Below are positions 9,473 through 19,127 of a DNA stretch of 64,000 nucleotides, in pieces (the stretch's first letter is position 1; every line of letters begins with the position of its first letter). The position numbers and the translations under genes were made by a program. The notes beneath the pieces were generated by a model, which was not told where the DNA came from, ran no database searches, and saw nothing but the letters and a program-made list of their open reading frames with translations. Source of the stretch: Escherichia coli (GTDB lineage: Bacteria; Bacillota_I; Bacilli_A; RFN20; CAG-826); contig CAVGNR010000004.1 of the NCBI GenBank assembly GCA_963630675.1, positions 5,286-69,285 of the forward strand, given 5' to 3'.

Positions 9473-10221
9473 ATAAATACGTCAATATCTTTTGCAAGTA
9501 TTTCTTTTTCTGGCTCACTTGGAAGATGGTGAGTGTTATTTGGATAGGTTATATAAGTTTTGATGTTTGCTGGCGCCAATTCTTCAATCATATCTACGCC
9601 CTTTTTTAAAATGGACGTATCTCTATCCGCCCATGTCATCATAATTGGGCAAACTATCTGAGGAAGAAGTTTCTTTGCTTTAGAGGCTACGGTTAATAAG
9701 TCCGCGGCAGATTTCACATAAAAGCCTTTTTGGCCTCTCCAATATCTTTCGGAATGATCGGGGAACTCCAAATTGGGTCCACTCCATTTCACCTTTAAAT
9801 GAGTGAAACGGAATAATTTTGATGCCCAAGCAAATTTATTGCTCGGTATTAAAGCTGGTTCGCATAGAATGAGCCCGTCGAGATTGTGTTCTTTTGTCAA
9901 AGTAATGGCAAGTGCTCCACCCATAGAATAGCCAAAGACGTATACCTTTTTGTATCTCTTGGCCACTTCTTCATAACCCTTCTTCACGGATTCCATCCAA
10001 TCCTTAGCACTCGCTTTTCGTAAGGCTTTAATGCTAGATGTTCCGTGCCCTGGAAGAGCATGGGCCACTACGGAATAACCTTTTTCTTGAAGAAGTTTGG
10101 CTAAAGGATAAAGTTCCGGTGCGGATCCGGTAAAGCCATGAATCATAAAAATGCATTCATCTGGATTTCCTTTTAATTTGAATCCAGGTATAAGAGCGTC
10201 TATTTCTTCGTCAGTCATCAT
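9448..10221 (-). CDS. Alpha/beta hydrolase (carboxylesterase or monoacylglycerol-lipase-like)
   Basis: HGFTGS oxyanion region, nucleophile elbow GYSMGG, and a C-terminal His region. Confidence 0.75.
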   Translation of the reverse strand: MMTDEEIDALIPGFKLKGNPDECIFMIHGFTGSAPELYPLAKLLQEKGYSVVAHALPGHGTSSIKALRKASAKDWMESVKKGYEEVAKRYKKVYVFGYSMGGALAITLTKEHNLDGLILCEPALIPSNKFAWASKLFRFTHLKVKWSGPNLEFPDHSERYWRGQKGFYVKSAADLLTVASKAKKLLPQIVCPIMMTWADRDTSILKKGVDMIEELAPANIKTYITYPNNTHHLPSEPEKEILAKDIDVFIKKTMPQK

Positions 10222-10336
10222 TATTTCATTGTTATTTGTATTCTGCTTTCTTGCAAGTCCTTTTTGTAAAAAATATGTATTTATTCAATGGCAAAAAGTC
10301 TTTTTTCCTCTAATATATGAATAACGAGGTAAAAAT

Positions 10337-11878
10337 ATGAATGTCGTTTCCCGCCCCACAAAGGACGAACGCCAACAATTTCGAAGACAGAAGGAATTGA
10401 AGCGTTTAGAAAAAGAATACCAAAAGCCAAAGAAATTTTGGAAATGGTACCTAGCTTATATGATGCTTATATTGGCATTAATTTATGTTGTTGATGAGGT
10501 TGCTACGAACCTTCCAAACTCTCTTCAAACGGAAATCAATCTTGCGATTAATGTTTGGCCATGGGCTCAACATAGCGACCCCGTGTATTCGTTAACGACC
10601 ATTTGGGATCAAGTTTATCCTGCAAACGGAACTTCTTTTATTCAAGAGATTCAACAAAAAATTGCGAGCGGCTTATCCGATATCAATTTAGTGCATACCT
10701 TAGCTAATTTGATGTTAATTGCCTCTATGTTCTATCGCTCTTTATCCGATCGTTATGGAAGAAAGATATTTCTTTTTATTAACACCTTTGGATTGGCTTT
10801 ATCCTTACTTGTGTTCTTTAGCGCAACCAATTTTGTTGGATATGTCATTGGTTTCTTTTGCCTTCGTTTCTTTGTTACACCTGATCAACAAGTCGTCTAT
10901 ATCTTTGAACTTGCTCCTAAGAAATACCGTAACGCTATTTTTTCTAGCATCAAAGGTATTGCTGAATTCGGACTCGTTTTCATTTGGCTATTAAGAAAGA
11001 TATTTTTAACCGCTGATCCAAATTCACTAAAAGAAAACGATATCTATGATTATAAATGGATATTTTTAACAGTGGCAATCGCAGCGATTATCATTTCTTT
11101 CTTAGCCCTTCTTTTTTCGAGAGAATCAGACGCTTTTTTAGAGCAAAGAATTTCTTACTTAAAGAAGACTCCCGAAGAGCTAGAGGAACTTAAAAAGCAA
11201 AAAGACGCCTCGAAAGCGCAAGGAGGTTTCCTTTCCGCTTTGAAGTATACTTTTCATAACAAACAGGTTCTCTTCATTTGCATCGCTACAGCCATTGCAG
11301 AACTTTGTTATTCCGCCTGTAATAATTATTCTTCCATCTTAACCTATGGTTTCTTAGGAGAAGGGGGATTAACGCAAGAAACCACTACCGCAGTCACTTT
11401 CTTTTCCCCTTTCTCTTGTGCTTTAGTAACGTTTGCCTATGGGTTTGTTTCGGATTGGATTGGAAGAAAGAAAACCTCCATTCTCCTCCTATCCTTCTGC
11501 ACCCTATGTTTCATTCTCGAATTCCTGGGACTTTATTACGGTTGGCCAGCATGGGTTATCGGTCTTCTTTTAGGCGGGGTTCTTGGGGCAGATTGGGCAA
11601 ATGGTGACGTTCTTTCTTTAATGGCAGGAGAAAGCGCCCCTACAAACATTCGTTCTTCCGTTATGTCCGCATGGTCCACTTTCTTTGGAATTGGAATGAT
11701 CCTTTCCTATGGAATTTCTGCGCTCGTTCCTAAATTAGCAGGAACCACTTATCTATCCCTTGCCTATCTTTGTATTTCCTTACCATCTTGGATTATTTCT
11801 TTAATCATTCTCATGCTTTTTGTAAAAGAAACAAGAGGCATCGACATCCACACAAAAACGGGTGAAACTTCGATTTAA
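10337..11878 (+). CDS. MFS transporter
   Basis: About 12 hydrophobic helices and the MFS motif-A-like LSDRYGRKIFLF. Confidence 0.7.
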   Translation: MNVVSRPTKDERQQFRRQKELKRLEKEYQKPKKFWKWYLAYMMLILALIYVVDEVATNLPNSLQTEINLAINVWPWAQHSDPVYSLTTIWDQVYPANGTSFIQEIQQKIASGLSDINLVHTLANLMLIASMFYRSLSDRYGRKIFLFINTFGLALSLLVFFSATNFVGYVIGFFCLRFFVTPDQQVVYIFELAPKKYRNAIFSSIKGIAEFGLVFIWLLRKIFLTADPNSLKENDIYDYKWIFLTVAIAAIIISFLALLFSRESDAFLEQRISYLKKTPEELEELKKQKDASKAQGGFLSALKYTFHNKQVLFICIATAIAELCYSACNNYSSILTYGFLGEGGLTQETTTAVTFFSPFSCALVTFAYGFVSDWIGRKKTSILLLSFCTLCFILEFLGLYYGWPAWVIGLLLGGVLGADWANGDVLSLMAGESAPTNIRSSVMSAWSTFFGIGMILSYGISALVPKLAGTTYLSLAYLCISLPSWIISLIILMLFVKETRGIDIHTKTGETSI

Positions 11879-11888
11879 TTTCAAAAAA

Positions 11889-11919
11889 CCACCGATGATT
11901 TTTTTCTAATCTTCGGTGG
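11889..11919. terminator. Hairpin between convergent genes (candidate terminator)
   Basis: CCACCGA-17 nt loop-TCGGTGG, flanked by A and T runs. Confidence 0.4.
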
Positions 11920-11926
11920 TATGTTT

Positions 11927-12535
11927 TTATTTTTCTGTATCTTTAAAGCTCAAAGACAAGATATGCGCTAGCTTTTTGATATCCTGATTTGTTGTATTTA
12001 TTAACAAGTCATAATTATTTCTATCGCCCCACTTTGAGTTTGTATAGAAATCATAGAAAGAGCGTCTTCCTTTTTCTATTTTCTTGATATGTTTGATGAT
12101 TTCTTTATCCGTAATGTTTTTATCTGCATTACGTTCACGGCAACGTTTGATTTTTGATTCCATATCCGCATAAACGAAGATACGGAACGGATGAAGTTCT
12201 TTAAGAACGTAGTCAGCAGCTCTTCCGATAATCACGCAAGAAGAAGCTGAAGCAAGTTTATGAAGCACTTCATTTTGTTTCGCATAAACATCCATAGTCT
12301 GATTAAGCGGAGCATTAGAGTGAGCCCAACTAACACCAAAATGAATCGGATACAAGGCGGTTGGCCGAGATTCGCAAATCTCTTGGACATACGCTTTGCT
12401 ATAGGGCGTTTCTTTGATTATCTCTTCAAGAATTTCATTGTCGTAATAAGCAATGCCTAGTTCATCTGCCAAGCGACGTCCTAATTCTCTTCCACCTGAT
12501 CCAAACTCACGACCAACTGTAATTAAAATGCTCAT
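11927..12535 (-). CDS. Cytidylate-kinase-like family protein (P-loop)
   Basis: MSILITVGREFGSGGRELGRRLADELGIAYYD is the hallmark N-terminus of this family. The start is moved to the Met at 12535, which has AAAGG 7 nt upstream. Confidence 0.7.
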   Translation of the reverse strand: MSILITVGREFGSGGRELGRRLADELGIAYYDNEILEEIIKETPYSKAYVQEICESRPTALYPIHFGVSWAHSNAPLNQTMDVYAKQNEVLHKLASASSCVIIGRAADYVLKELHPFRIFVYADMESKIKRCRERNADKNITDKEIIKHIKKIEKGRRSFYDFYTNSKWGDRNNYDLLINTTNQDIKKLAHILSLSFKDTEK

Positions 12536-13342
12536 AAAATTACCTTTTTCTAAATTTGTTTTTATTTTAGTGTTTTTTTCAAAAAATGTAACCATTCCTT
12601 TTTAAACGCTTCTCAATTATAGTGATTTCTTTAGTCAATATATTTTTATATTCAATATAGTTCTTGAAATATTCAATTAAATATTATTTTTAGTCATTTT
12701 ATTATCTTTTTCTATATCCGCTTTATTGAATAATTTTAATGTTTTAAAAATAAAAATTTATTTTTTCATTTATTTATTTTTCTATTGAAGGTAATTTCAC
12801 CCTTATTTCTCTTTATTTGTAAGAAGATTCTCTTGTATGGTTTCTTTGTTGCTGAAAGGGATAGGACTTCTCTTCAATCATCGCTAATCTTATTTTGATT
12901 ACACGGCTCACGTTATTTAATCCTTCAAATAGACTGTCATGTCTTCCTCACCAAACAGAGCGGCAAAAGAAGCATTTACATTCTTTCTATGGTTTTTCAA
13001 ATTGATCCGTGCCTAATAAATGTACGTGATTGTATGGGATTACTACAGAAACCCTCCATTCACCTCTGTTCATTAATAAAAAGCTCAATAACGAGAAATT
13101 CACTGCTATTTTATATATGAATTAAAACCTTGTTCCATTTAAGCGTTAAACACCATATCTACCTTGCATTTAGGACCTCTTTAAATGTTTCTTAATGTTT
13201 TTATGCCTTGTGTCTAATAACGTAATAATCGGCAGAATAGACGTTATGTTTTAGAAAGTAACAACATTATTCGTTTTTTGTTCGAATCTTATTGTTATCG
13301 CTCTATTAATATTCTCTCTCAAAAAAGGAAACTAGAACTCTT

Positions 13343-13376
13343 TGGGAAAAAGAAAAGAGGCTCATTTCTGAGCCTC
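13343..13376 (-). terminator. Rho-independent terminator of adhE
   Basis: Minus strand: GAGGCTCA-gaaa-TGAGCCTC followed by TTTTCTTTTT. Confidence 0.8.
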
Positions 13377-13394
13377 AAATCTGTGTTTTAAGAA

Positions 13395-16019
13395 TTAGTT
13401 TCCTTTATAGGCGTCCTTTAAGATTTGGATCATATCTGGGATGAGAGGAACACGTGGGTTTGCTGGAGTGCATTGATCTTCATAAGCAAGATATGCGACT
13501 TCTTCTAACTTGCCCATATAGTTTTTCTCATCAGGGATGATGGAAGCGAAGTTTGGATCGATTCCGACTTCTCTTTCAAGAGCGAGAATAGCTTGTGCAA
13601 GTTTTTCTCCTGCCTCAGTCTTATCTTTGCATTCGATGCCAAGATAACGAAGGATGTTTTGATATTTCTCATCGCAGCAATATTCTTCATACTTTGGCCA
13701 AACGGAGAGCTTAGTTGGAGCAGTTCCGTTATAACGGACAACGTGTGGAAGAAGGATAGCGCAGGTTCTGCCGTGGACAGTGTGGAATTCTCCACCCATC
13801 TTGTGAGCTAAGGAGTGAACTAAGCCTAAGAAGCTGTTTGCGAAGGCCATACCAGCAATGGTAGCGGCATTGTGCATCTTTTCTCTTGCCACAAGATCAT
13901 GTTTGCCATCTTTGACGGCTCTTGGGAGATATTTGAAGACAAGTTGAATGGCTTCTAAGCAAAGTCCATCGGTGAAATCACTTGCCATAACAGAGGTATA
14001 AGCCTCAATAGCGTGAGTTAAGACATCAAGACCGGTTTCTGCAGTGCTTCTAGCAGGAAGGTTGGTGGTGAACTCAGGATCGACGATAGCGATAGATGGG
14101 GTTAAAGAATAGTCTGTTAATGGGTATTTCTTTTGATTCGCCTTATCGGAAATAACGGCAAATGGAGAAACTTCGGATCCGGTTCCAGAGGTTGTTGGAA
14201 TAGCGATTAATTTGCTCTTTCTTCCGAGTTCTGGATATTTGAAAGCACGTTTACGGATATCCATGAATTTTTGTTTCAAATCATCGAAGTTGACTTCTGG
14301 ATGTTCATAGAAGATCCACATACCTTTAGCGGCATCCATTGGAGAGCCTCCACCTAAGGCAATGATGGTATCTGGTTGGAATTCTCTCATCAAATCGACA
14401 CCACGCTTGATGGTTGTGATATCTGGATCTGGTTCGACATCAGCAAAGAGCTGATAAGTAACAGGATTTCTTCTCTGATTTAATTCATCAATGATCTTGT
14501 TAAGGAATCCGAGTTGGACCATAGAATGGTCGGTAACGATGAAGACTTTTTGAATATCTTTGCAAGAACGTAAATATTGAATGGAGTTACGTTCAAAATA
14601 GATCTTTTGTGGGACTTTGAACCATTGCATGGTATTTCTCCTTTTTCCGACTTTCTTGATGTTAAGCAAATTGACGGCGCTGACGTTTCCAGCTACGGAG
14701 TTATGACCATAGCTACCGCATCCTAAAGTAAGGGATGGAGTGAAGGAGTTATAAACGTTACCGATGCCACCAAAGGTGCTTGGAGAGTTCCAAATGATAC
14801 GGATTGCTTTGACTTTATCGCCAAATTGATCTGCCATTTCTTGGGTTTTGCAGTGAATAGCAGCAGAATGTCCTAAGCCACCGAATTCAAGCATCTTTTC
14901 GCAAAGATCGAATCCTTCTTGATAGTCTTTGACATTATAGACAGCAAGCACTGGAGAAAGTTTTTCTCTCGACATTGGTTCTTTGACACCAACTTCTTTG
15001 CATTCGACGGCAATAATGGAGATGTCAGCAGGAACTTTGAATCCGGCTTTTTCAGCGATCCATTGTGGGCTCATGCCAGCAACAGCGGCATTTAATCTTG
15101 CGTCTGCAACATTAGCATCTTTAGCAGTGACGCCGAACATGAATTTCTCAAGTTTTTCTTTTTCTTCTTTCGAAGCGAAATAAACGTGGAAACGTTGTAA
15201 TTTCTTCTTGATGTCATCATAGATATCATGATCAACGAAGATGGCGGATTCAGAAGCGCAAATCATACCATTATCGAAGGATTTAGAGAGAACAACGTCA
15301 TTGACGGTTTCATCTTGATCGCAATCTTTGCAAATATAGCAAGGAACGTTACCTGCACCAACGCCAAGGGCTGGTTTACCACAGCTATAAGCGGCTTTCA
15401 CCATGGCGTTACCGCCAGTTGCTAAGATGGTTGCAATGCCAGGATGTTGCATTAAAGCGGTTGTCGCATCCATCGAAGGATGTTCAATCCATTGAATGCA
15501 GTTTTCTGGTGCACCAGCAGCGACTGCGGCATCACGCATAACGATAGCGGCTGCTTTGGAAGATTCTTGTGCATTTGGATGGAAAGCAAAAATGATTGGG
15601 TTACGAGTCTTAATGCTAATTAAAGACTTGAAGATAACAGTGGATGTTGGGTTGGTAACTGGGGTAATACCAGCAATAACGCCAACTGGTTCAGCAATTT
15701 CGGTAATGCCAGTAACTGGATCGGAATCGATGATTCCAACCGTCTTAGCATGACGCATATGGTTAACGACATATTCGCAGGCGAATAAGTTCTTTGTCGC
15801 TTTATCTTCGAAGCAACCACGATGGGTTTCATCGATTGCCTTTCTTGCTAAAATTCCGTGGTTGTCAAGACCAGCAACGGACATCTTTGCGACAATGTAG
15901 TCGATTTTTTCTTGATCGTAGGAGGCAAAATCATCAAGGGCTTTTAAGCCTTTTTTGACGAGGGCGTCAACTTCCGCCTCTGCCATTTCTTTTGGAGTAA
16001 GTTCTTTCTTTTCTGCCAT
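13395..16019 (-). CDS. adhE: Bifunctional acetaldehyde-CoA / alcohol dehydrogenase
   Basis: 874 aa. An N-terminal aldehyde dehydrogenase domain is fused to a C-terminal iron-type alcohol dehydrogenase (GGGSPMDAAK), colinear with AdhE. Confidence 0.95.
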   Translation of the reverse strand: MAEKKELTPKEMAEAEVDALVKKGLKALDDFASYDQEKIDYIVAKMSVAGLDNHGILARKAIDETHRGCFEDKATKNLFACEYVVNHMRHAKTVGIIDSDPVTGITEIAEPVGVIAGITPVTNPTSTVIFKSLISIKTRNPIIFAFHPNAQESSKAAAIVMRDAAVAAGAPENCIQWIEHPSMDATTALMQHPGIATILATGGNAMVKAAYSCGKPALGVGAGNVPCYICKDCDQDETVNDVVLSKSFDNGMICASESAIFVDHDIYDDIKKKLQRFHVYFASKEEKEKLEKFMFGVTAKDANVADARLNAAVAGMSPQWIAEKAGFKVPADISIIAVECKEVGVKEPMSREKLSPVLAVYNVKDYQEGFDLCEKMLEFGGLGHSAAIHCKTQEMADQFGDKVKAIRIIWNSPSTFGGIGNVYNSFTPSLTLGCGSYGHNSVAGNVSAVNLLNIKKVGKRRNTMQWFKVPQKIYFERNSIQYLRSCKDIQKVFIVTDHSMVQLGFLNKIIDELNQRRNPVTYQLFADVEPDPDITTIKRGVDLMREFQPDTIIALGGGSPMDAAKGMWIFYEHPEVNFDDLKQKFMDIRKRAFKYPELGRKSKLIAIPTTSGTGSEVSPFAVISDKANQKKYPLTDYSLTPSIAIVDPEFTTNLPARSTAETGLDVLTHAIEAYTSVMASDFTDGLCLEAIQLVFKYLPRAVKDGKHDLVAREKMHNAATIAGMAFANSFLGLVHSLAHKMGGEFHTVHGRTCAILLPHVVRYNGTAPTKLSVWPKYEEYCCDEKYQNILRYLGIECKDKTEAGEKLAQAILALEREVGIDPNFASIIPDEKNYMGKLEEVAYLAYEDQCTPANPRVPLIPDMIQILKDAYKGN

Positions 16020-16103
16020 AAGAGGTTCCTTTCTATTTGAAATAATTTAATCAGTAATTTCTTACCGGCAACATTATACGGATTCTATTAGGTAAAAAAT
16101 TAT

Positions 16104-16117
16104 TGATAACGCTTACA
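16104..16117. promoter_or_regulatory. Candidate catabolite-responsive element (cre) upstream of adhE
   Basis: TGATAACGCTTACA fits the cre consensus TGWNANCGNTNWCA at every defined position. On the adhE strand it lies 28 nt upstream of a TATAAT. Confidence 0.5.
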
Positions 16118-16162
16118 TTATGAAAAAAGAACGAAATACCGAATCAAACGAAACGATAAAAA

Positions 16163-17260
16163 TTAGTGTCCAATATTATGCTTTTGAATGTATTGGAGGT
16201 AATTTTCTGTCTTTTTATAGCATTCTTCAAAATCATCTTCCACTTTTTTAGAATGTTTGATATTGGTGACATCAATGTTCTTTTTTAGATATTTAGAAAG
16301 ATATTTCGTGTTTTTGATCGCACCTTTAACATTTAAATGATTAGCATCTCTTAGATCAGTCTTTTCGTCAATTCCAATCTCATTTGCTTTTAAGGCGAAA
16401 TCTTCTACTAAGTAATCTTTCCTAGCATTCTTTATTTCTTTTGGTCTTTCATTTTGAATGTAGTTTTTTATCCATTCGAAAACGAAAGTATCCACCTCCG
16501 TCTCTTCTTTATCACAAAGTTGTCTTGCTGTGCGCGCAAAAATAAACTTGGTATTAGGGTGCTTATCTGCAAAGGAAAGCACTTCCGTTAGATATTTGAA
16601 TCCGTCTGCATTTTTATCCTCTAACGAAATAGGCTTGTAATCTGGAACCTCCCTCTTTTTACAAGGATGGCCGAAGTTTTGAGAATAGAAACCTTTAGTG
16701 AAGTTTCTATCTTCCTCGGTAAATTGTTGCCAAAAGTCTTTTCTTCGGAAATCGTTATGTTCTTCAAAAAGAGTGTCATCTAAGTTACGGTTCCCTTTCT
16801 GATATCCCTCCAAAGCCGGATATTTATAAACAAGTGTGTCCCTTTCTTCACTTCCTTCAGGAAAAGAAAAATAATAGTCCACCAAAAAATCATGGATATT
16901 TTCATCATTTAAAGTGAAATAACTAACCAAATCAATATAAACGAAACGGATAGAATCTTTTTGCTTCTTAAAAATAAGTTCTAAGGCATCTAAATCGAGC
17001 CCTGGGTGAAAGGGAGATTTAGCAATGATACGGGAAGTTAAACCCGTTTCTTTCCAAATTTGTGTAGGAATGATTCCATGCCAAACAGTAGACGAGCCTA
17101 AAAAGGTTCCATCTAATGTGTTTTCATCCTCTCTTACATAATTCGTAACCGAATTTTCGGTGATTGTCGGTTTTTTAAAAACATAATTGTTGATTAAGCC
17201 AAGTGTTGTAAGCAACATAGTTGGGAAGAGAATGCATTTTATGATGTTTTTAGCTTTCAT
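16163..17260 (-). CDS. DltD-like / SGNH-type membrane-anchored accessory protein
   Basis: N-terminal TM anchor, a GSS block (FLGSSTVWHG) and a C-terminal DxxH block (RDANHLNVKG). It is the last gene of the dlt-like operon. Confidence 0.55.
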   Translation of the reverse strand: MKAKNIIKCILFPTMLLTTLGLINNYVFKKPTITENSVTNYVREDENTLDGTFLGSSTVWHGIIPTQIWKETGLTSRIIAKSPFHPGLDLDALELIFKKQKDSIRFVYIDLVSYFTLNDENIHDFLVDYYFSFPEGSEERDTLVYKYPALEGYQKGNRNLDDTLFEEHNDFRRKDFWQQFTEEDRNFTKGFYSQNFGHPCKKREVPDYKPISLEDKNADGFKYLTEVLSFADKHPNTKFIFARTARQLCDKEETEVDTFVFEWIKNYIQNERPKEIKNARKDYLVEDFALKANEIGIDEKTDLRDANHLNVKGAIKNTKYLSKYLKKNIDVTNIKHSKKVEDDFEECYKKTENYLQYIQKHNIGH

Positions 17261-17271
17261 GTGATATTCTC

Positions 17272-18876
17272 CTAAAACTGGGTATAACCAAAATCAAAAT
17301 GAGGAAGCCCATTGCCATACCAGCCAAACCAGACAATGACAACGATAAGAGCAACCATGATTGGCCAACGAACATAAATAGGCAGGCGATTGAATTTGGA
17401 AAGAAAAGACGTTTTCGGCCATATCTCCTGAATAAGGTCCACGATGAAGATAGGAGTGAAACAAGAAATTGCCGTAAAGAAAGAACTATCTCCGATTTGA
17501 TTCCAAATATTTTGAAGAGATAGATTGTTCCAATGGAAACATTGAACGAACATTTGCCAAGTAGAAGAGAGATCATTGCACATGAATAAAATCTTTCCGA
17601 ACGCTAGAAGGAATAAGGTTAGAAGATGTTGCCAAATCTGAATAAAAACATTGTTACGAGAAATCTTCGTCTTTTCATAGAACCAGTTCTTTAACGGTTC
17701 TAAGAAAATGGAAATAATGATGATTACTCCATAATATCCGCCCCAGAGAACATAGTTCCAACTAGCTCCATGCCAAAGACCTGTTAAAAGCCAAACGACG
17801 ATGAGGCCAAAGACGGCGGGCATTTTTTGTCCTAGGCCTTTAGAGAATTTTTTAAAAAATTTCCCAATGCCTAAAGAGAAACGACTTATTGAAAGAGGGT
17901 AGAAAATATAATCTTTAAACCATGTACCTAATGTAATGTGCCATCTACGCCAGTATTCATCGATATTTCTTGCAAAATATGGACGATTGAAATTCTCTGG
18001 AAGGACAATTCCAAAGGTCATTGAGGCTCCTATCGCAATATCCATATAACCAGAGAAATCGCAATAATCTTGAATAAAATACAAAACCACGGATAGGAAA
18101 GATTCTACGCCAGAAAGTTCAGCCACATTCGCAAAAGCAAATTTTAAAAATGCCATAAGAGTGTCCGCTACGACCATCTTTTTAAGATACCCAAAAGCCA
18201 TACGTTTTAAACCATTTGTAAAATTATCATAGGTTAATGTTTTCTCTTCAAAAAGGGTTTCTTTCATCTCGTTATAACGAACAATAGGCCCTTGAAGAAG
18301 CTTTGGGAAATAAAACATAAAAAGAGCAAAGCGAAAAGGATTTCTTTCCGCCTCGTATTTGCCCCAATAGACATCTACTAAATAGCCAATCGCCTGAAAC
18401 GTGTAGAAGGAGATACCAACTGGCAAAAACCATCCCCTTAATTCAAAAGCAAAGTTTCCTCCAAATAATTGGACAATAGATTGAACACTTCCTAAAAGGA
18501 AGCCTAAATACTTCATTGTTCCAAGAAGAATCGTTACCGCAAGAATTCCAACAACAAGTAAACTCTTGCGAATATGTTTATTCTTTGCTTTGTACGCTTT
18601 CTTCTCCTCTAGCGTCATTTCTCCTTTGTGAAGAGAAATGTAGTCCTTCTGTTTCTTCGCGTTTTTATCAATAAAATAGGCACAAAGAAAGATAACAATC
18701 ATGCTGAAAAGTATGAAGAAAATCGATTTCCAATCGACAAGCAAAAGAAAAACCACACTCTCAACAAGAAGAGGAATGTAGCGATATTTCTTAGGACATA
18801 GCCAATATAGCAAAAGAGATGCCGCTAAAAAGAGCAAAAAATAATAAGAATTAATTTTAAGATGAAAGCCAAACAT
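17272..18876 (-). CDS. MBOAT-family membrane O-acyltransferase (DltB/AlgI-like)
   Basis: Polytopic membrane protein carrying the MBOAT signature WRRWHITLGTWFKDYIFYPL. Confidence 0.8.
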   Translation of the reverse strand: MFGFHLKINSYYFLLFLAASLLLYWLCPKKYRYIPLLVESVVFLLLVDWKSIFFILFSMIVIFLCAYFIDKNAKKQKDYISLHKGEMTLEEKKAYKAKNKHIRKSLLVVGILAVTILLGTMKYLGFLLGSVQSIVQLFGGNFAFELRGWFLPVGISFYTFQAIGYLVDVYWGKYEAERNPFRFALFMFYFPKLLQGPIVRYNEMKETLFEEKTLTYDNFTNGLKRMAFGYLKKMVVADTLMAFLKFAFANVAELSGVESFLSVVLYFIQDYCDFSGYMDIAIGASMTFGIVLPENFNRPYFARNIDEYWRRWHITLGTWFKDYIFYPLSISRFSLGIGKFFKKFSKGLGQKMPAVFGLIVVWLLTGLWHGASWNYVLWGGYYGVIIIISIFLEPLKNWFYEKTKISRNNVFIQIWQHLLTLFLLAFGKILFMCNDLSSTWQMFVQCFHWNNLSLQNIWNQIGDSSFFTAISCFTPIFIVDLIQEIWPKTSFLSKFNRLPIYVRWPIMVALIVVIVWFGWYGNGLPHFDFGYTQF

Positions 18877-18882
18877 TCGAAA

Positions 18883-19122
18883 TTAGTCTTGCAAACGCTT
18901 AACCATCTTCACCAATCCATCCACAGTATCAAAATTTTCATAAGAGATCTCTTGCGGTGGGATGCTGATGTCAAAAGCATCTGAAAGTTCCCCAACTAAC
19001 ATAACAATATTTAAAGAATCTAAGGTTCCTCCGTGGACTAATTCTTTAATACTTTCAAAATCATCAACGTCCGGTTTAATTTCGGAAAGAATTTCTAGGA
19101 CTTGTTGTTTAATTTCATCCAT
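18883..19122 (-). CDS. dltC: D-alanyl carrier protein-like acyl carrier
   Basis: 79 aa. The LDSL phosphopantetheine-attachment serine context is colinear with DltC. Confidence 0.75.
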   Translation of the reverse strand: MDEIKQQVLEILSEIKPDVDDFESIKELVHGGTLDSLNIVMLVGELSDAFDISIPPQEISYENFDTVDGLVKMVKRLQD

Positions 19123-19127
19123 ATGTA

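Noticed and set aside
17250-17576. 108-aa ORF overlapping the 3' part of the MBOAT gene
   Set aside because: It lies on the same strand in another frame, entirely within the well-supported MBOAT and dltD-like coding region. No RBS.
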